A stretch of 51,130 bases of DNA from Girardia tigrina (taxonomy: Eukaryota), in NCBI GenBank assembly GCA_001938485.1, contig MQRK01223292.1, positions 68,725-119,854 of the forward strand, in the 5' to 3' direction. Position numbers and translations under genes: made by a program. Below the pieces are notes generated by a model. It was not told where the DNA came from. It searched no databases and worked only from the letters and a program-made list of their open reading frames with translations. Position 1 is the stretch's first letter. Every line of letters begins with the position of its first letter. Below, in pieces: positions 12,975 to 24,656 of this stretch.

Positions 12975-13165
12975 ATAATTCACTTTGAACATTTAAGCAT
13001 GGTTTTAAATGCTTCATTAATAATGCCTCAGTGACTATCCTCTCATGATATGTGTCAAAATGTTTCTTCAAAATTGTAAATTCAGTTTCATAGTTAACTT
13101 TATCTCTATTTCTGCATTTTTTAATGTGATTCTAGATCACATTTTAAATGTTTTTCATTTTAAAT
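12975..13165 (-). mobile_element. Penelope-like element 3' end (GIY-YIG C-terminus)
   Basis: 'HFDTYHERIVTEALLMKHLKPCLNVQ' matches the E-A-L-x-I...P-x-L-N tail motif of PLE endonucleases. Confidence 0.8.
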
Positions 13166-13389
13166 CTAAATATACTTGAAGTTTTATTTTAAAGACTTGT
13201 TTGTAGCATTGCCTGAATTTAATTAATAATGATAAAAATTATTGACCCTGATTATTTTTAGATAATACGTGAGGATTCTAATCCTACACTCGTATTGTCT
13301 CCCATCGTTTCTTGTTTGACTGCTGAACGTTTATCTTTATAATAAATGTATTTATTTATTGTTTATATCGTAACAATTTTCTGATATAC

Positions 13390-13930
13390 ATCTTTGCTTC
13401 CAATCGTTCACACAGTCGCCAACGTTTTCTGCGAGTTTATTTTTATGCCACAAATTGGCTTCTCGTTCAATTAACAACATTGCAGTATCAATATTTTCTC
13501 CATGGACTGCTTTCATAAGATATGTAGAACAATCTATTGAAAACCTGTGTGTTCAATATTTGCTCCTCAGTCGATAAGAAACTCTACGACCTTAGTTCTA
13601 CCATGACTAGCCGCATCATCTAATGGTGTCCATCCAGCACTATCCACAATATCCAAGCGATGTTTCATTTTAGTGACGAGTTTCATAACTTTTTTCAGAT
13701 TTCCAACAATGTAGAATTGTTTCGCCTTTCTCATTTCTCTTAATGAATGAGTTACGCTTATCCGGGCGAATTCTCTTTCCAACAGCCTCCAGTTCTTCAA
13801 TCTGAACTTCGATGAGTGACTTTATGTCAATATCCGAATCGGATGAGATTAATTCATCTATTTCATTGTTCGATAGTTCCAAATCGCTCAAACCTGGTTC
13901 GGATACAGTATCCGAATCACTCTCTTCCGA
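13390..13930 (-). pseudogene. Tonsoku-like (TONSL-type) ankyrin-repeat pseudogene fragment
   Basis: Acidic tract, then KRNEKGETILH / (frameshift) GNLKKVMKLVTKMKHRLDIVDSAGWTPLDDAASHGRTKVVEFLID*GAN / TYLMKAVHGENIDTAMLLIEREANLWHKNKLAENVGDCVNDWKQR. Three ankyrin repeats with a downstream Trp, as I recall for TONSL; contains stops and frameshifts. Confidence 0.7.
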
Positions 13931-13939
13931 TATAAAAAA

Positions 13940-13978
<39 letters not shown>
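13940..13978 (+). rRNA. Isolated 18S rRNA 3'-terminal fragment (helix 45 plus tail); not a gene
   Basis: AACAAGGTTTCCGTAGGTGAACCTGCGGAAGGATCATTA matches the canonical eukaryotic SSU end. No upstream 18S or recognisable downstream 5.8S. Confidence 0.9.
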
Positions 13979-15465
13979 TTATTTCTGATCAAAAATAGAT
14001 TATGGATAAAAAATAAACTAAATTGTGTTTACTAAAAATACAATGATATTGTATCGATCTGGAAAATTCGATATTGGAATAGACGATTTGAAATAGACAT
14101 TTATAAAATTTCAAAATAGTAACCCTTTTTCTGTTGAATATTTAACTAATAAAGACAGACATTAGAAAGGGTTGTATTGAGTTTTATGATAAGAACAGTT
14201 TTCAAATTTTATTTAATTGTAAAAATATTTTTAATGAGATTATTTCACTGACAAAAAATAATTGAATTTATTTTCAAAAGTTAGAAAAATTGCAATGTTT
14301 TATGAAATAAAAGATGTTATCTATTTTTTTTCTTTTACAAAATTTAATAATCAGAAAATTTCTAATAAAAGGAAATTTAAAATGTAAATTTAAATATTTT
14401 TAATTATTCTTTTGTTAATTGACTAAAAATATTCTTATTTATATTTTTTATTCTTATCTTGTAAATCTATTAATTAAATTGTTTTCAAAGACATTACTTT
14501 GACATATTGTTAATCTTTCATTGTTTTTAAATATCCATATTGTAAATTAAATATAACATAAACAATATTACTTAAAAAATTAAATTATAAATTTACATTT
14601 TTTTCAAAATTATTTTACTAAAACATTTTAGAAATTAAAAATTATTATACAAATCATAAAATCTAATTTAAGCTTTTTACAATTTGTTTTATAATAAAAA
14701 AAATTTTATTTTTAAAAAATAATAAACTTTACAAAAACTAAAAATTTAACATATTATTAATATTATTAAAAAAATAATTAATTTATTTAAAATATTTTTA
14801 TTAGTTAACTAATATAACCAATAATGAATAATTTTTCTAAAATAAATTTTCATCATTTTATAACTACATCAATATTTTCAAAAACGGTTAAACTTCACAT
14901 TTTTTGTAAAAACTAAATTAAATATGGCATATTCACTTTTTGGTTTATTTTCACAAATTATCTTCAGGTTTTCATTCTTGAGTCCTCTGTTTTTAGTGTT
15001 ATTAGTTTTGTCAAAGATAATTGTATAACTTTTAATCATATTTCTTTGAATCAATAGATAAAAAAATTATATCAAATATTTTTTTAATTATTTATTTTCC
15101 ATTTATAATATATGAATTATAATTTTGATCTTCTTTCAATAAACTAATTTCTATTTTATTAAAATTTTTATCAAAATCATTAATTTTAGGTTTCAAAATT
15201 TCATGATAAAGTTATATTTATATTTGTTGTTATTTGTATTTATATTCCAATTCGTCTTTTGATCATATTCGTAATCATTAAAATGACAATTCACTGAGTT
15301 ATTTAGCTTTGTGTGTTTTATAAATATTTAAATACATATAATTAAATATGATAAATAAATTATTAATTAAATAAAAAATTTGAAAATTAATTTTTTTAAG
15401 ACGATTTGAACGAGCTGAATTATTGCAGAAAATTTTGATATATGTTAACCATTAGAAATATTGAT

Positions 15466-15545
15466 TATCGTCATCTCAAAACAAGGATAAGTGTACATTC
15501 ACAGTTGATCAGATCAAGTTAGGTTATTGATCATTGTGGATCATT
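15466..15545 (+). mobile_element. PLE GIY-YIG fragment, inverted relative to 16440-16520
   Basis: 'RHLKTRISVHSQLIRSS'; a third, shorter copy lies at about 33585-33630. Confidence 0.7.
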
Positions 15546-16439
15546 GTAAATGTTAAACCCAACATCACCACAAATTCCATGAGTCTGCTACCTCAAGTCA
15601 GTCTCTGGAACAACTTGAGACTGCATGAACATTTAATCTTCCTTTTTTATTATTATAAAACTTCAATAAAATTTCAAATAACTTAATCATTATATTAAAA
15701 AAATAATTACAAAATTATTTTATTAAAATAAAACATAATATTAAAATTTATTAAAAATGACTTATTAAAAACATAATTTGGTGTTTACTATAATAAAACA
15801 TTGAATTTTTATATTATTAATATTAATAAAATATTTTTAAAAATTAAAAAAATATTAAATTCATTTATTAGTCTTGTCAAATTTAATAAAACAATATAAT
15901 AAAATCAATTTAACTATTTTTTTATTATATTAAAATTCTAAATTAAATAGGATTTTTTTAACTTAAAAAAATACAAGAAATTTTAATTTTATTTATTAAA
16001 TTATTATTATCAAAGAATGAATTAATTTTATTATTTTTAATGCTAAAAATTAAAAGTTTCTTTGAAAATTTGCTCTTGCTATTTCTGATTTTAATTAACA
16101 GAAACTTTCTGTCTGATACTTATCTAATAATCTTTCTGTATTATGTTTCATATGAATTAAACAAAAGAATTTCAATTTATTGAAAAAAATGAAAAACTTA
16201 ACAAATTAAAAAAAAAATTTTTCTTTTAATTCATTTTTTTAATGTCAAAATAAAATGAGATTTTTATGAAAAGATTTGTTTGAAAGAAACATTTTGAATT
16301 TATTTTTTGTTTGAAAAGTATTTTTTTTAATAACAATTTAGTTTCTGTTCATTATTTGATATTTCGAAAAAAAATATTATATTTTTTTAAGAAAAATAAA
16401 AAAATAAAAAAATGAATAAGGTTCTGCATTTTTTTACAT

Positions 16440-17460
16440 TTGATCTACATGGATCAATAACTTTACTTGATCTGATCGACTGTGAATGGACACTAATCCG
16501 TGTTTTGAGATGACGATTAGTATCTCCAAAGTATGAAATTACAGACTTTTGAACACATATTTTGAACATATTATTTTTACAAAATTCGAAAGAATATTTC
16601 TTAAAGTATTTTTTTAAAACTAGTAATCTCATTTTGTTTTAGCTATAACTCGTACGATAAGTCATTAATTTAATTAATCAAACTATCAGTTTCACTTAAA
16701 AAGTGATTAAAAAAACGTTTATAAAATTACAAAGATGATCAAAGGGTTAATTCACAGAGTTTTAAGCTTGTGATGGTTTGGGTATTCTAAGAACACGATT
16801 CAAGTATAATTTTTACATAAAGAAGAAAAACGTGACTCATATAAGAATGATAAAGAAAAGAATCTACACTCACAAAATAAGAAAGGGGACACGAGGAAGC
16901 GTTCTACTAGGTACAAAGATGATTAAAAATCATTTGTTTAAATTTTTTAATTTCTTTTGATCTTGTTTATCCTCGTGCAGCATTGTCATACATTGTCAAG
17001 GATAGAAGTTGTTTTTTCAATAATAGTTTCACCTATATTTTTAAAAAAAAACTGTAATGGATAACCCCCTAGCAGACCGCCAAATATGCAGCATAAATAT
17101 TTTTTTTGTCCAATTATGGCTTCGAAAAAATGTTTTGGAGTACCATAAACATTTATTCAACGACATATAAAGAACTCTTTTCTCATCACAAGTAATAATA
17201 CGGTTAAGAATTGTTTCTTATTCATTTTTGCGCAATGGATGTAACGACGATAAGTTATAACGGCGATTCGTTTAGTCATCGATCAGTTCGTGAGAAACCA
17301 ATTTATCAATGATTTAGATTTAAGTATTGTTTTCATTAACCCATTGTCGATTTCAGATAAACGATCCATACGCTCAGTGTCTTAGAGCCTTTCTTTACAG
17401 CCATGATGATGTTCAAAGAAGGAATCAGCCAAACAACATACATTAGTAAAGGTACAAACG
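16440..17460 (-). mobile_element. Highly degenerate Penelope-like element (GIY-YIG clear, RT vestigial)
   Basis: 'SYFGDTNRHLKTRISVH' (YIG-T-R-L-R-EH motif); upstream vestiges 'FTNV', 'YRRYI' and 'GYP' occur in the expected order. Confidence 0.55.
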
Positions 17461-18840
17461 AGAAATAAAACAGCTTGAATTCATATAAATACGAAAAAGG
17501 AATAGAAAGAGGATGTCAGATAGAACTAATTAAACACGAAGATCAGGAAATAAGAAAGAAAATTTAAAATTTAAAATCACGATTGGACTGTACGTTCGTA
17601 TTTGTTTTTGTACGTATTTCTTTCTGTATCAAATGATTTGGTGATATCACTTAAAAGTTTAATTTAATTTAAATTAAAATAAAACACTACTGCAAGTCTC
17701 TCAAGTCATTTTTTCAAAAGCAATATTTTTTAAGAATCTAAAATTATGTTAATAATTTCTTCAACATTTTTACAGCACATTTAATTCAATTATACAGAAA
17801 TATCTTCGCGGGCCAAAAGTTGTATTGAAGGGGTTAAAATGAGAAAAAAACACTTTTAACACTTTTCATGATAGAAAAACAATGCAACAAAATTTATTTA
17901 AAAACAAATCATTGAAAATTGGAACAAAAATATTTATTCCGTTAGAATCTTCTTGACAAACTAATAAAATCATAAAAATACTATTTTTTAGGGATTATAA
18001 AATTTTAAAACCGCTATTTTAGGTATACGAAAATATTAATATTTCCTATAAGGCCCGTAAAGAAACTAATTTATTTTAATGTAACTATCAGTGAATCTAT
18101 TATTACTATACAGATAAAAAAAATTATAAAATAAATAATAAAAAACTGTTTATTTAGGAAATAATTAATAATAAAACTAATAAATTATGTAATACGTAAA
18201 GAAAAGTGAAAGGAGGAAAACAAGAAGAGTTTAGGGTAATCAGTAACTAAACTCGGAATGTGATGAATGGGATTGGAAAAAAAATTATGAATGTATTAAT
18301 TATTATTGTTCAATTTTTGAATCAATGTGGATCAATTGATAGGGTGATAATTGATGACAACGAAAAATATTAGTCTTTTTGAACTGAAACTGACTAAACT
18401 AATGTGGACATAGAGATAAGAGCTTCTTTCATCATTTCATGAGACGAGCTTAATATAGAAATGATTTCTGGAATAAGTTTTCCAATGATCAGGATTTTCT
18501 CGCAGCCAACAAAAGAATTGAGTCGTATGGAGCAAATAGAAACGTTTTTGGAAAAAAAATATAATGAGTTCCATACGATGGATCCTTGGAGCTTCGCAGT
18601 AATTAATCAGTTATTTAGATATAATATTTGTTATTCTTTTTTAAAATTTGATTTTGAAATATATATTTAATATATGATCACTGAGCGATCTTAAAATTAT
18701 TTAATACATCATTATTTATATTCATATTTATCGAATTGGTCACCCACAAAACTAAAAATATTTTAACTAAATATATAAATTTTATTTAACCCAACAGTAA
18801 AATAATTTAATAGGTAAATGTGATGCAAAATTTTACAAAC

Positions 18841-18957
18841 CCTTGTCTTTTCCACCTATTAAGAACACCAACATGGCTTTTCAAACTTTTATTTTCATTA
18901 CAATCAGAATTGTCTTTTGGACAACTCTCAGCAAAACTCTCGTCATTCGACATCGTT
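18841..18957 (-). CDS. Probable exon of the minus-strand extracellular Cys-rich protein gene
   Basis: TTTAG acceptor and GG|GTTTGT donor; 117 nt, open in one frame only (phase 2-2): TMSNDESFAESCPKDNSDCNENKSLKSHVGVLNRWKRQG. Confidence 0.55.
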
Positions 18958-19129
18958 CTAAATTGATAATTTTTTATTAATGTTTGTTAATAAACAATTN
19001 NNNNNNNNNNNNNNNNNNNNNNNNNNNNNNNNNNNNNNNNNNNNNNNNNNNNNNNNNNNNNNNNNNNNNNNNNNNNNNNNNNNNNNNNNNNNNNNNNNNN
19101 NNNNNNNNNNNNNNNNNNNNNNNGAACAT

Positions 19130-19700
19130 CTAAAATATCAATTTTCCATCTGGGTGGGAGAAACACATTTCCAAATACTAAACTCAACATACAAAATTCA
19201 ACAGACCAATTTCAACATACCAAATTTAAAATATTCCTCACACCACCCAAATAAATTTTGTGTTACTCTACAAGTTTTCATTACAATATTTATTCCCCTT
19301 GATATCAGATCACGGACAAATGAGTTTGATCGAAAGGTCAGTAAACCACAAGTACCTTACAATGGATTTAGACTGCTCTTTTTCATATTTGAGAACCATT
19401 ATTCAAAAAGATTTAGAAATTTATCTAAACCCTTCAATAAACTTCTAGAGAGAGTTTTGAAATTATAATTTTCAGTGACTAAAATGACGAGAACGTTCAA
19501 GAATCATATAAAGTTATCATATTTCTAAAAAGATATTCAGTTTCAATTTTAAATACCAAAATATCCTTCAATCATTTTATCAGTCGGCTTTTGTAAATGA
19601 TTCATTATTTCAGTTCATTAAACATTTGTAGAAAAAACGCTCTTTATAAACGAATACTGAAAAGTTATCATCAAATGATACTGATTCTCATTAGTCTAAA
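19130..19700 (-). mobile_element. Ty3/Gypsy relic: integrase vestige, purine tract and start of the 3' LTR
   Basis: LTR begins TGTGAGGAATATT at 19242 after GGGTGG; it is similar to the LTR starts at 46112 and 49664. Confidence 0.55.
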
Positions 19701-19830
19701 TATAATTTAATTTTATCAAAAATATTCGCATCAATGATTAATTTATAAGTAATAAAATAAAACATCAAATTGTTAACAAATAAAATTTTAAATTAAATTA
19801 TAAAATGAGGCATATCTTCCTTTGATTTAC

Positions 19831-20007
19831 CTGTGTTTACTTTACAAATTTGCATGTTTGATTGAAAGTTTAGATTCGAAGATTCGCTGGACAGTCGAGG
19901 AGAGCATACGCATCCGTCCCCAATGTCATCATTATTCATATCGTAACATTGACCCTCTAGATTGTGACAGTTGAGACAATTGGGACTGGTTTTCGTAAGT
20001 TTTGTAA
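19831..20007 (-). CDS. EGF-like Cys-rich exon of the host gene
   Basis: TTTCAG acceptor and CAG|GTAAAT donor; 177 nt, symmetric phase 1-1, no stops: TKLTKTSPNCLNCHNLEGQCYDMNNDDIGDGCVCSPRLSSESSNLNFQSNMQICKVNT (6 Cys). Confidence 0.8.
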
Positions 20008-20105
20008 CTGAAATTTTCAAAATAATTTCAAAAAATTTTATGATAACATTTACAATCCATTTCGTAATCTATTTCTATATAAAGTATCAAGAAACTATTT
20101 GATTT

Positions 20106-20612
20106 GAAAAACCTTTCCGATGTCCCAATGAAAATTGTCATGAGACCTATAAAACTGACGGATGGTTACAACGACATCTATTGATCGATCACTGGACCCA
20201 AAGAAGTACAAGTTGTACTAGTGCTTAACAAAATAACGTAGATGAAGGATGTACAAAACATTCGAACCCGATCACTATGCATGATGTGTCAGTGCCCCTC
20301 GACGTTACAGCGGAGACGGACTTAGGAGTGATTCCAAGGATAGTTCTCGACTTTCGGTTTAGTAATACAACTGATGTATAGATATTTCTATGTCCAGACA
20401 CGAGGGCTCATGACTGGTCTTTCTTGACTGGGAAGCCGAAGTATGCTCGTGCACTGAAAGGTCGCATTCTTGCATCTAAAGCCGTGCGAGAAAGTCAGTT
20501 GTCTCTGTATTGTCTATTTTTGGTTTCTACTCAATACAGAGTACTACGCACTACCCTGTACGCCAATGCTGGTACTATAGTCTCTACAGATACTCATTTA
20601 TACGCCAAGTAA
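20106..20612 (+). pseudogene. C2H2 zinc-finger ORF relic, possibly the N-terminus of an RLE-type (CRE/R2-group) non-LTR retrotransposon
   Basis: EKPFRCPNENCHETYKTDGWLQRHLLIDH (C-x4-C-x12-H-x4-H), in frame with ORF 20424-20612 through two stops; GC-richer than the flanks. Confidence 0.5.
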
Positions 20613-20989
20613 ATTTTTAAAGAATTTAATTGTAGACTTTGATAAAATACCAAATGGTTGAAGTAAAATAAATATTATTATAAATTAATTAATTTTGATT
20701 CACACACATTATTCACAAAGAATGTTATTATTCTAAAGAATGTACTATCTTTATGAAAAAAATCGTGCAATTAAAATTCAACACTGAATACAGTTGTAAC
20801 AAGGTCAGATATGTTGAAGGAGAGTTCTATTTAAACTTCCAAAGAACATGAAAATATAACTAATGACAAAACTGGTAAATTATTCATTACTACTGTAAAT
20901 CAAGGGAAATGTCAACGAGAAGATATGTCGAATAATCTGCTGATTTTATTTTTTAGTTCTATCTAAATAAAGCTCTATTTTAGATCACA

Positions 20990-21135
20990 TTAGGAGCTGT
21001 ATGGAACTCAAAGGCGCGTGAAATAGAGTGATTTTCGGGATTTAATTAGAAATTTTGACTGTAACTATGAAAGGATAATTACTGAAGCACTGTTAATTAA
21101 GTTTCATAAACCTTGTTTAAACGTAAAAAAGTGAA
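20990..21135 (+). mobile_element. PLE GIY-YIG C-terminal remnant
   Basis: 'NFDCNYERIITEALLIKFHKPCLNV'. Confidence 0.75.
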
Positions 21136-21758
21136 TCGTCCAATCATATTAGTGAGTTTGAAACAGTAATCAAATCAAAGAAATTAATGAACATTTATTT
21201 TTTACCATCCAATTTTACATCTTTAAGTTTTCGATTTTTAAACTTTAAATACTATAAAGGACTTTCAGAATTGTAATATATTAGACGCAAATATGTTGGT
21301 CTTAGTTGATCAAGGTCAGACATTAGTAACTATGAAAATAAATAAAAGTTGCACTGAAATAAATTAATAACCTCTCCTGAAAGGTTCTCATATCAGCGAT
21401 TCTAAATATAAGTGCATCAAATAGTATGTGTAAGAATAATTTGTAAATTATGATTGTTGTTTATTTAATTCGTGTAACTTTGATATGATGTTCGAATGTG
21501 TTATGACTCTCTCAGTGTATATATTAATTTTATTTTAGTTTATGTATATTTTATAATAAATGTATGTGGTTAAAATATTCCAAATTCAGTTGTAAAAGAA
21601 TCGCAAAATTTGAAATTTGTAAATTGTGGATTGGAAAATAAATTTTATTAATGAGAACTTCTTATGATTTTGGAATTGTGAATAAAACCGGGAAAGAAAG
21701 TAAATGTCAATTTTTGACAATTAACAGAATGAATATCCAAAGTTAATTATGACATTTA

Positions 21759-22854
21759 CAGTGCTTTTCATATTTTTAGAAACAGTAAGCCAATATAGTT
21801 GTACTAGCACATTAATTCATTAATCCTTGAATTATTTATTTGATTTTTTTGAAAAAATCAGTTTTTTATTATGTAATCGATATTTTGTTTACTTAAGACA
21901 TAAGCAAAAGGGTGATTTACATCAGAATAGATAAATTTCAAAATTTGGATGGAATGACATCACCGAGAATTTAGAAATTTGGACGTAAGGGCAAAACAAA
22001 GGCCACTGATATTAGAAGCTTAACTCATGAAGTCAAATGGAAGCCATCATCCACAGTTTTAAGCTTACATCAACATTTCTTATCATCAGTAACCAATGTT
22101 AGCAAGGCAGAAATTGGTAGAAGAATTAAAAATGTTGCAAATTAGTAAAACCCCGTCCCGTCCCTGTTGGAATTAGCGATGACAAAAAAGAGGTTGGCCT
22201 TAGCCATGAGATTTCAAAAGTGGTCAGTTAATAACGAATCATGCTTTAAATTTGGTGGTGGACATTTTAAAAAAAAGTTTACATGACTCATTTATATTTG
22301 TGAATGAATTTGGATCATGAACCAGGAGATTATTTGAATGTATTGTTGAACCGAGAGAAAGAATAGCTCACATATGGTAGTGGAACCTTTATGTAAGATG
22401 GAGCTCTCAGTCATGCAGCGAAACGATGCATTCAGTTTATTCGTGAGCATAGAGTGGCTTTTTTGGACTAACTGGCAACAGCTCAGATATAAATCAAATT
22501 GAAACTCTTTTGTCAATTTGAAAATTGAAAACTTTTGTCAAATAAAAGTTTGCTGACCTTCCTTCACCAAATACCAAGCAGTAAAAAATTTTAAATATTT
22601 TCGTACATTAAACAGCGCTTCTGTTACTGAATGTTGCTGCTCCAAACATTTTGTTTCTATGCCTCATCGAATTAAGGCAGTTATTACAGGTAAGGGTGGT
22701 TACTAAATTTTAGTGTTTGGAAACTGACTGTGGTGCTTGATATTTCACTTTTTTGTGACGGTTTATGTCTTAAATATATAAATAAATAAATAAATAATTT
22801 TTTAATAAATAATATGTTCTGATGCTTGTGTTTCTAATAATATGAAACGCACTG
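21759..22854 (+). mobile_element. Old, internally deleted Tc1 element
   Basis: TIRs CAGTGCTTTTCATATTTTTAGAAACA / TGTTTCTAATAATATGAAACGCACTG flanked by TA; C-terminus 'SMPHRIKAVITGKGGY'. Confidence 0.8.
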
Positions 22855-22881
22855 TATGTGAACAGATATTTTTCTGATATA

Positions 22882-24213
22882 CAGTGCGTTCCAAAAGTCT
22901 GTTCGCACCCACTGAAATTTTGATTTATGCTATTTATTAAATTTTTTAATTCGTTTAAATGCTTTAATTTAAATAATTTTAGTAAATTTAAAATTGAAAT
23001 ATCAAGACCATCTTTTTTTAAGATGAATTAATTAAAAGTCTATCTTTTAGATTCAATGACAACTCGAAATATAGATATGATGTTTAGGATTGTTATTGTA
23101 GAATTAATGAACGAGGGTCATTCAACGGATAGGATACAAGAAATTATGAAGGTTAGACATGATATTATTGTTTCAAAGCGGGGCATTCAAAAAATTGTAC
23201 ATAAGTTCAAGACATTAGGTACATAAGAAGATAAAAAACGTAGTGGACGACCTTCAAAATTACCAAAACGTTCTGAAAGAATTATTTGCCGTATATGCTT
23301 GAAAAATAGGCGCATGTCGATAAGTAAAATAACAGGAGCTTTCAATGCAGCTGGAATGATACATGCATCAAAAAGTTCAGTGAATAGAATTTTGATAAAG
23401 TCCGGCTTAAAAAGTCATTATGCTGTTTGCAAGCCTTTATTGAATGGAAAGCAACGAAAAAGAAGAGTTGAATGGGCTCGAGATAAACAAAATTGGGACA
23501 TCAATAAGTGGTCGAATGTAGTTTTTAGCGATGAATCTATGTTCCGCAAATATAGACATACTCGTAGCGAAATCGTTAGAAGGTTTGACAATGAAAGGCT
23601 TAGTCACATTTGTACTAAGAAGGTCCTCCAACACGGTGCCCAAGTTCATGTATGGGAATCTTTCTCCAGATTTGGTGTTGATATCTTAAAACGAATAAAC
23701 GGAAATTTAAATTCGAAGAACTATCAAGACCTAATTGTCAATGACATAGACATTACTGTGCAATGCTTGGTATTCCCTCTTCCAAATTTTATATTTCAGC
23801 AATACAATGCGTCTTGCCATCGATCAGCATCAACAGTGTCTTTTTTGAAAACAAAGAAGATAAATATTCTTGTATGGCCTGCCAACTCACCAGATGTAAA
23901 CCCAATTGAGAATTTGTGGGGTTATTATAAAGAGAAAAATAAATAATATGGATACTTTGAATTCAGAGAAAATGTGGAAAGAAATACAAAAGTTATGGTA
24001 CAACATACCAAGTTCTTTATGTCGTCGACTTGTCGATTCGATGCCGCGAAGGGTGTCTTCAATCATCAAGATGAAAGGATACCACACAAAATATTAAAAA
24101 TAACATTTTTATTTGTAAATATAATATTTACTTCCACTTCATCGTCTTTTTACTTAGGAAATTTGTATAAGTGATGATTTTCATGGGTGCTAACAGACTT
24201 TTGGAACGCACTG
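22882..24213 (+). mobile_element. Full-length Tc1 (DD34E) element, inactivated
   Basis: TIRs CAGTGCGTTCCAAAAGTCTGTT(C/A)GCACCCA flanked by TA. Transposase 23056-24097 with RSGRP, VVFSDES, FQQYNA (catalytic D to Y) and SPDVNPIENLW (34-residue spacing); TAA at 23224 and a frameshift near 23925. Confidence 0.95.
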
Positions 24214-24450
24214 TATGATTAAAGGTTCATGTTTTTTAAAATTGGTAACTTGTTATATTTGTTTTATTTAACCTATTTCAGAGAAGAGATGAAAGAATAT
24301 ATAAGGGATATAAATGATAGATACAATCTCAGCTCGACGCCCAAAATAATTACATCAATAATTTTTTTTAAAAATTGTGTATCCTAATGAGATATTTTTA
24401 AAAATACATTGTTACTTAAAAATGATTTGGAAATATGTAATAAAACTCAC

Positions 24451-24609
24451 AACACTCAAAGTAATGTAAATGCGACTGGTAAACGGGAACTTTATCGTTC
24501 GAACAATAGCATATTCGATTGGAAGAGCTTTCTTCGTTTAGACTTCGACACTCAGCGTTTCTGGACTGACAGAAGAATTGTTTGTTGTCACAATATTCCC
24601 CAATATCAG
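24451..24609 (-). CDS. Cys-rich (EB/EGF-like) exon of the host gene, absent from the ORF track
   Basis: TATTTTCAG acceptor and GTGAGT donor; 159 nt, phase 1-1: DIGEYCDNKQFFCQSRNAECRSLNEESSSNRICYCSNDKVPVYQSHLHYFEC (6 Cys). Confidence 0.85.
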
Positions 24610-24656
24610 CTGAAAATATAACAATAAACTAAACAAACAATATTGTCACTATTTAC

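Larger units (their letters stand above)
11461..13358. repeat. 187-bp direct duplication (11461-11647 and 13172-13358)
   Basis: The copies align end to end with four substitutions that I could find. Confidence 0.95.
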
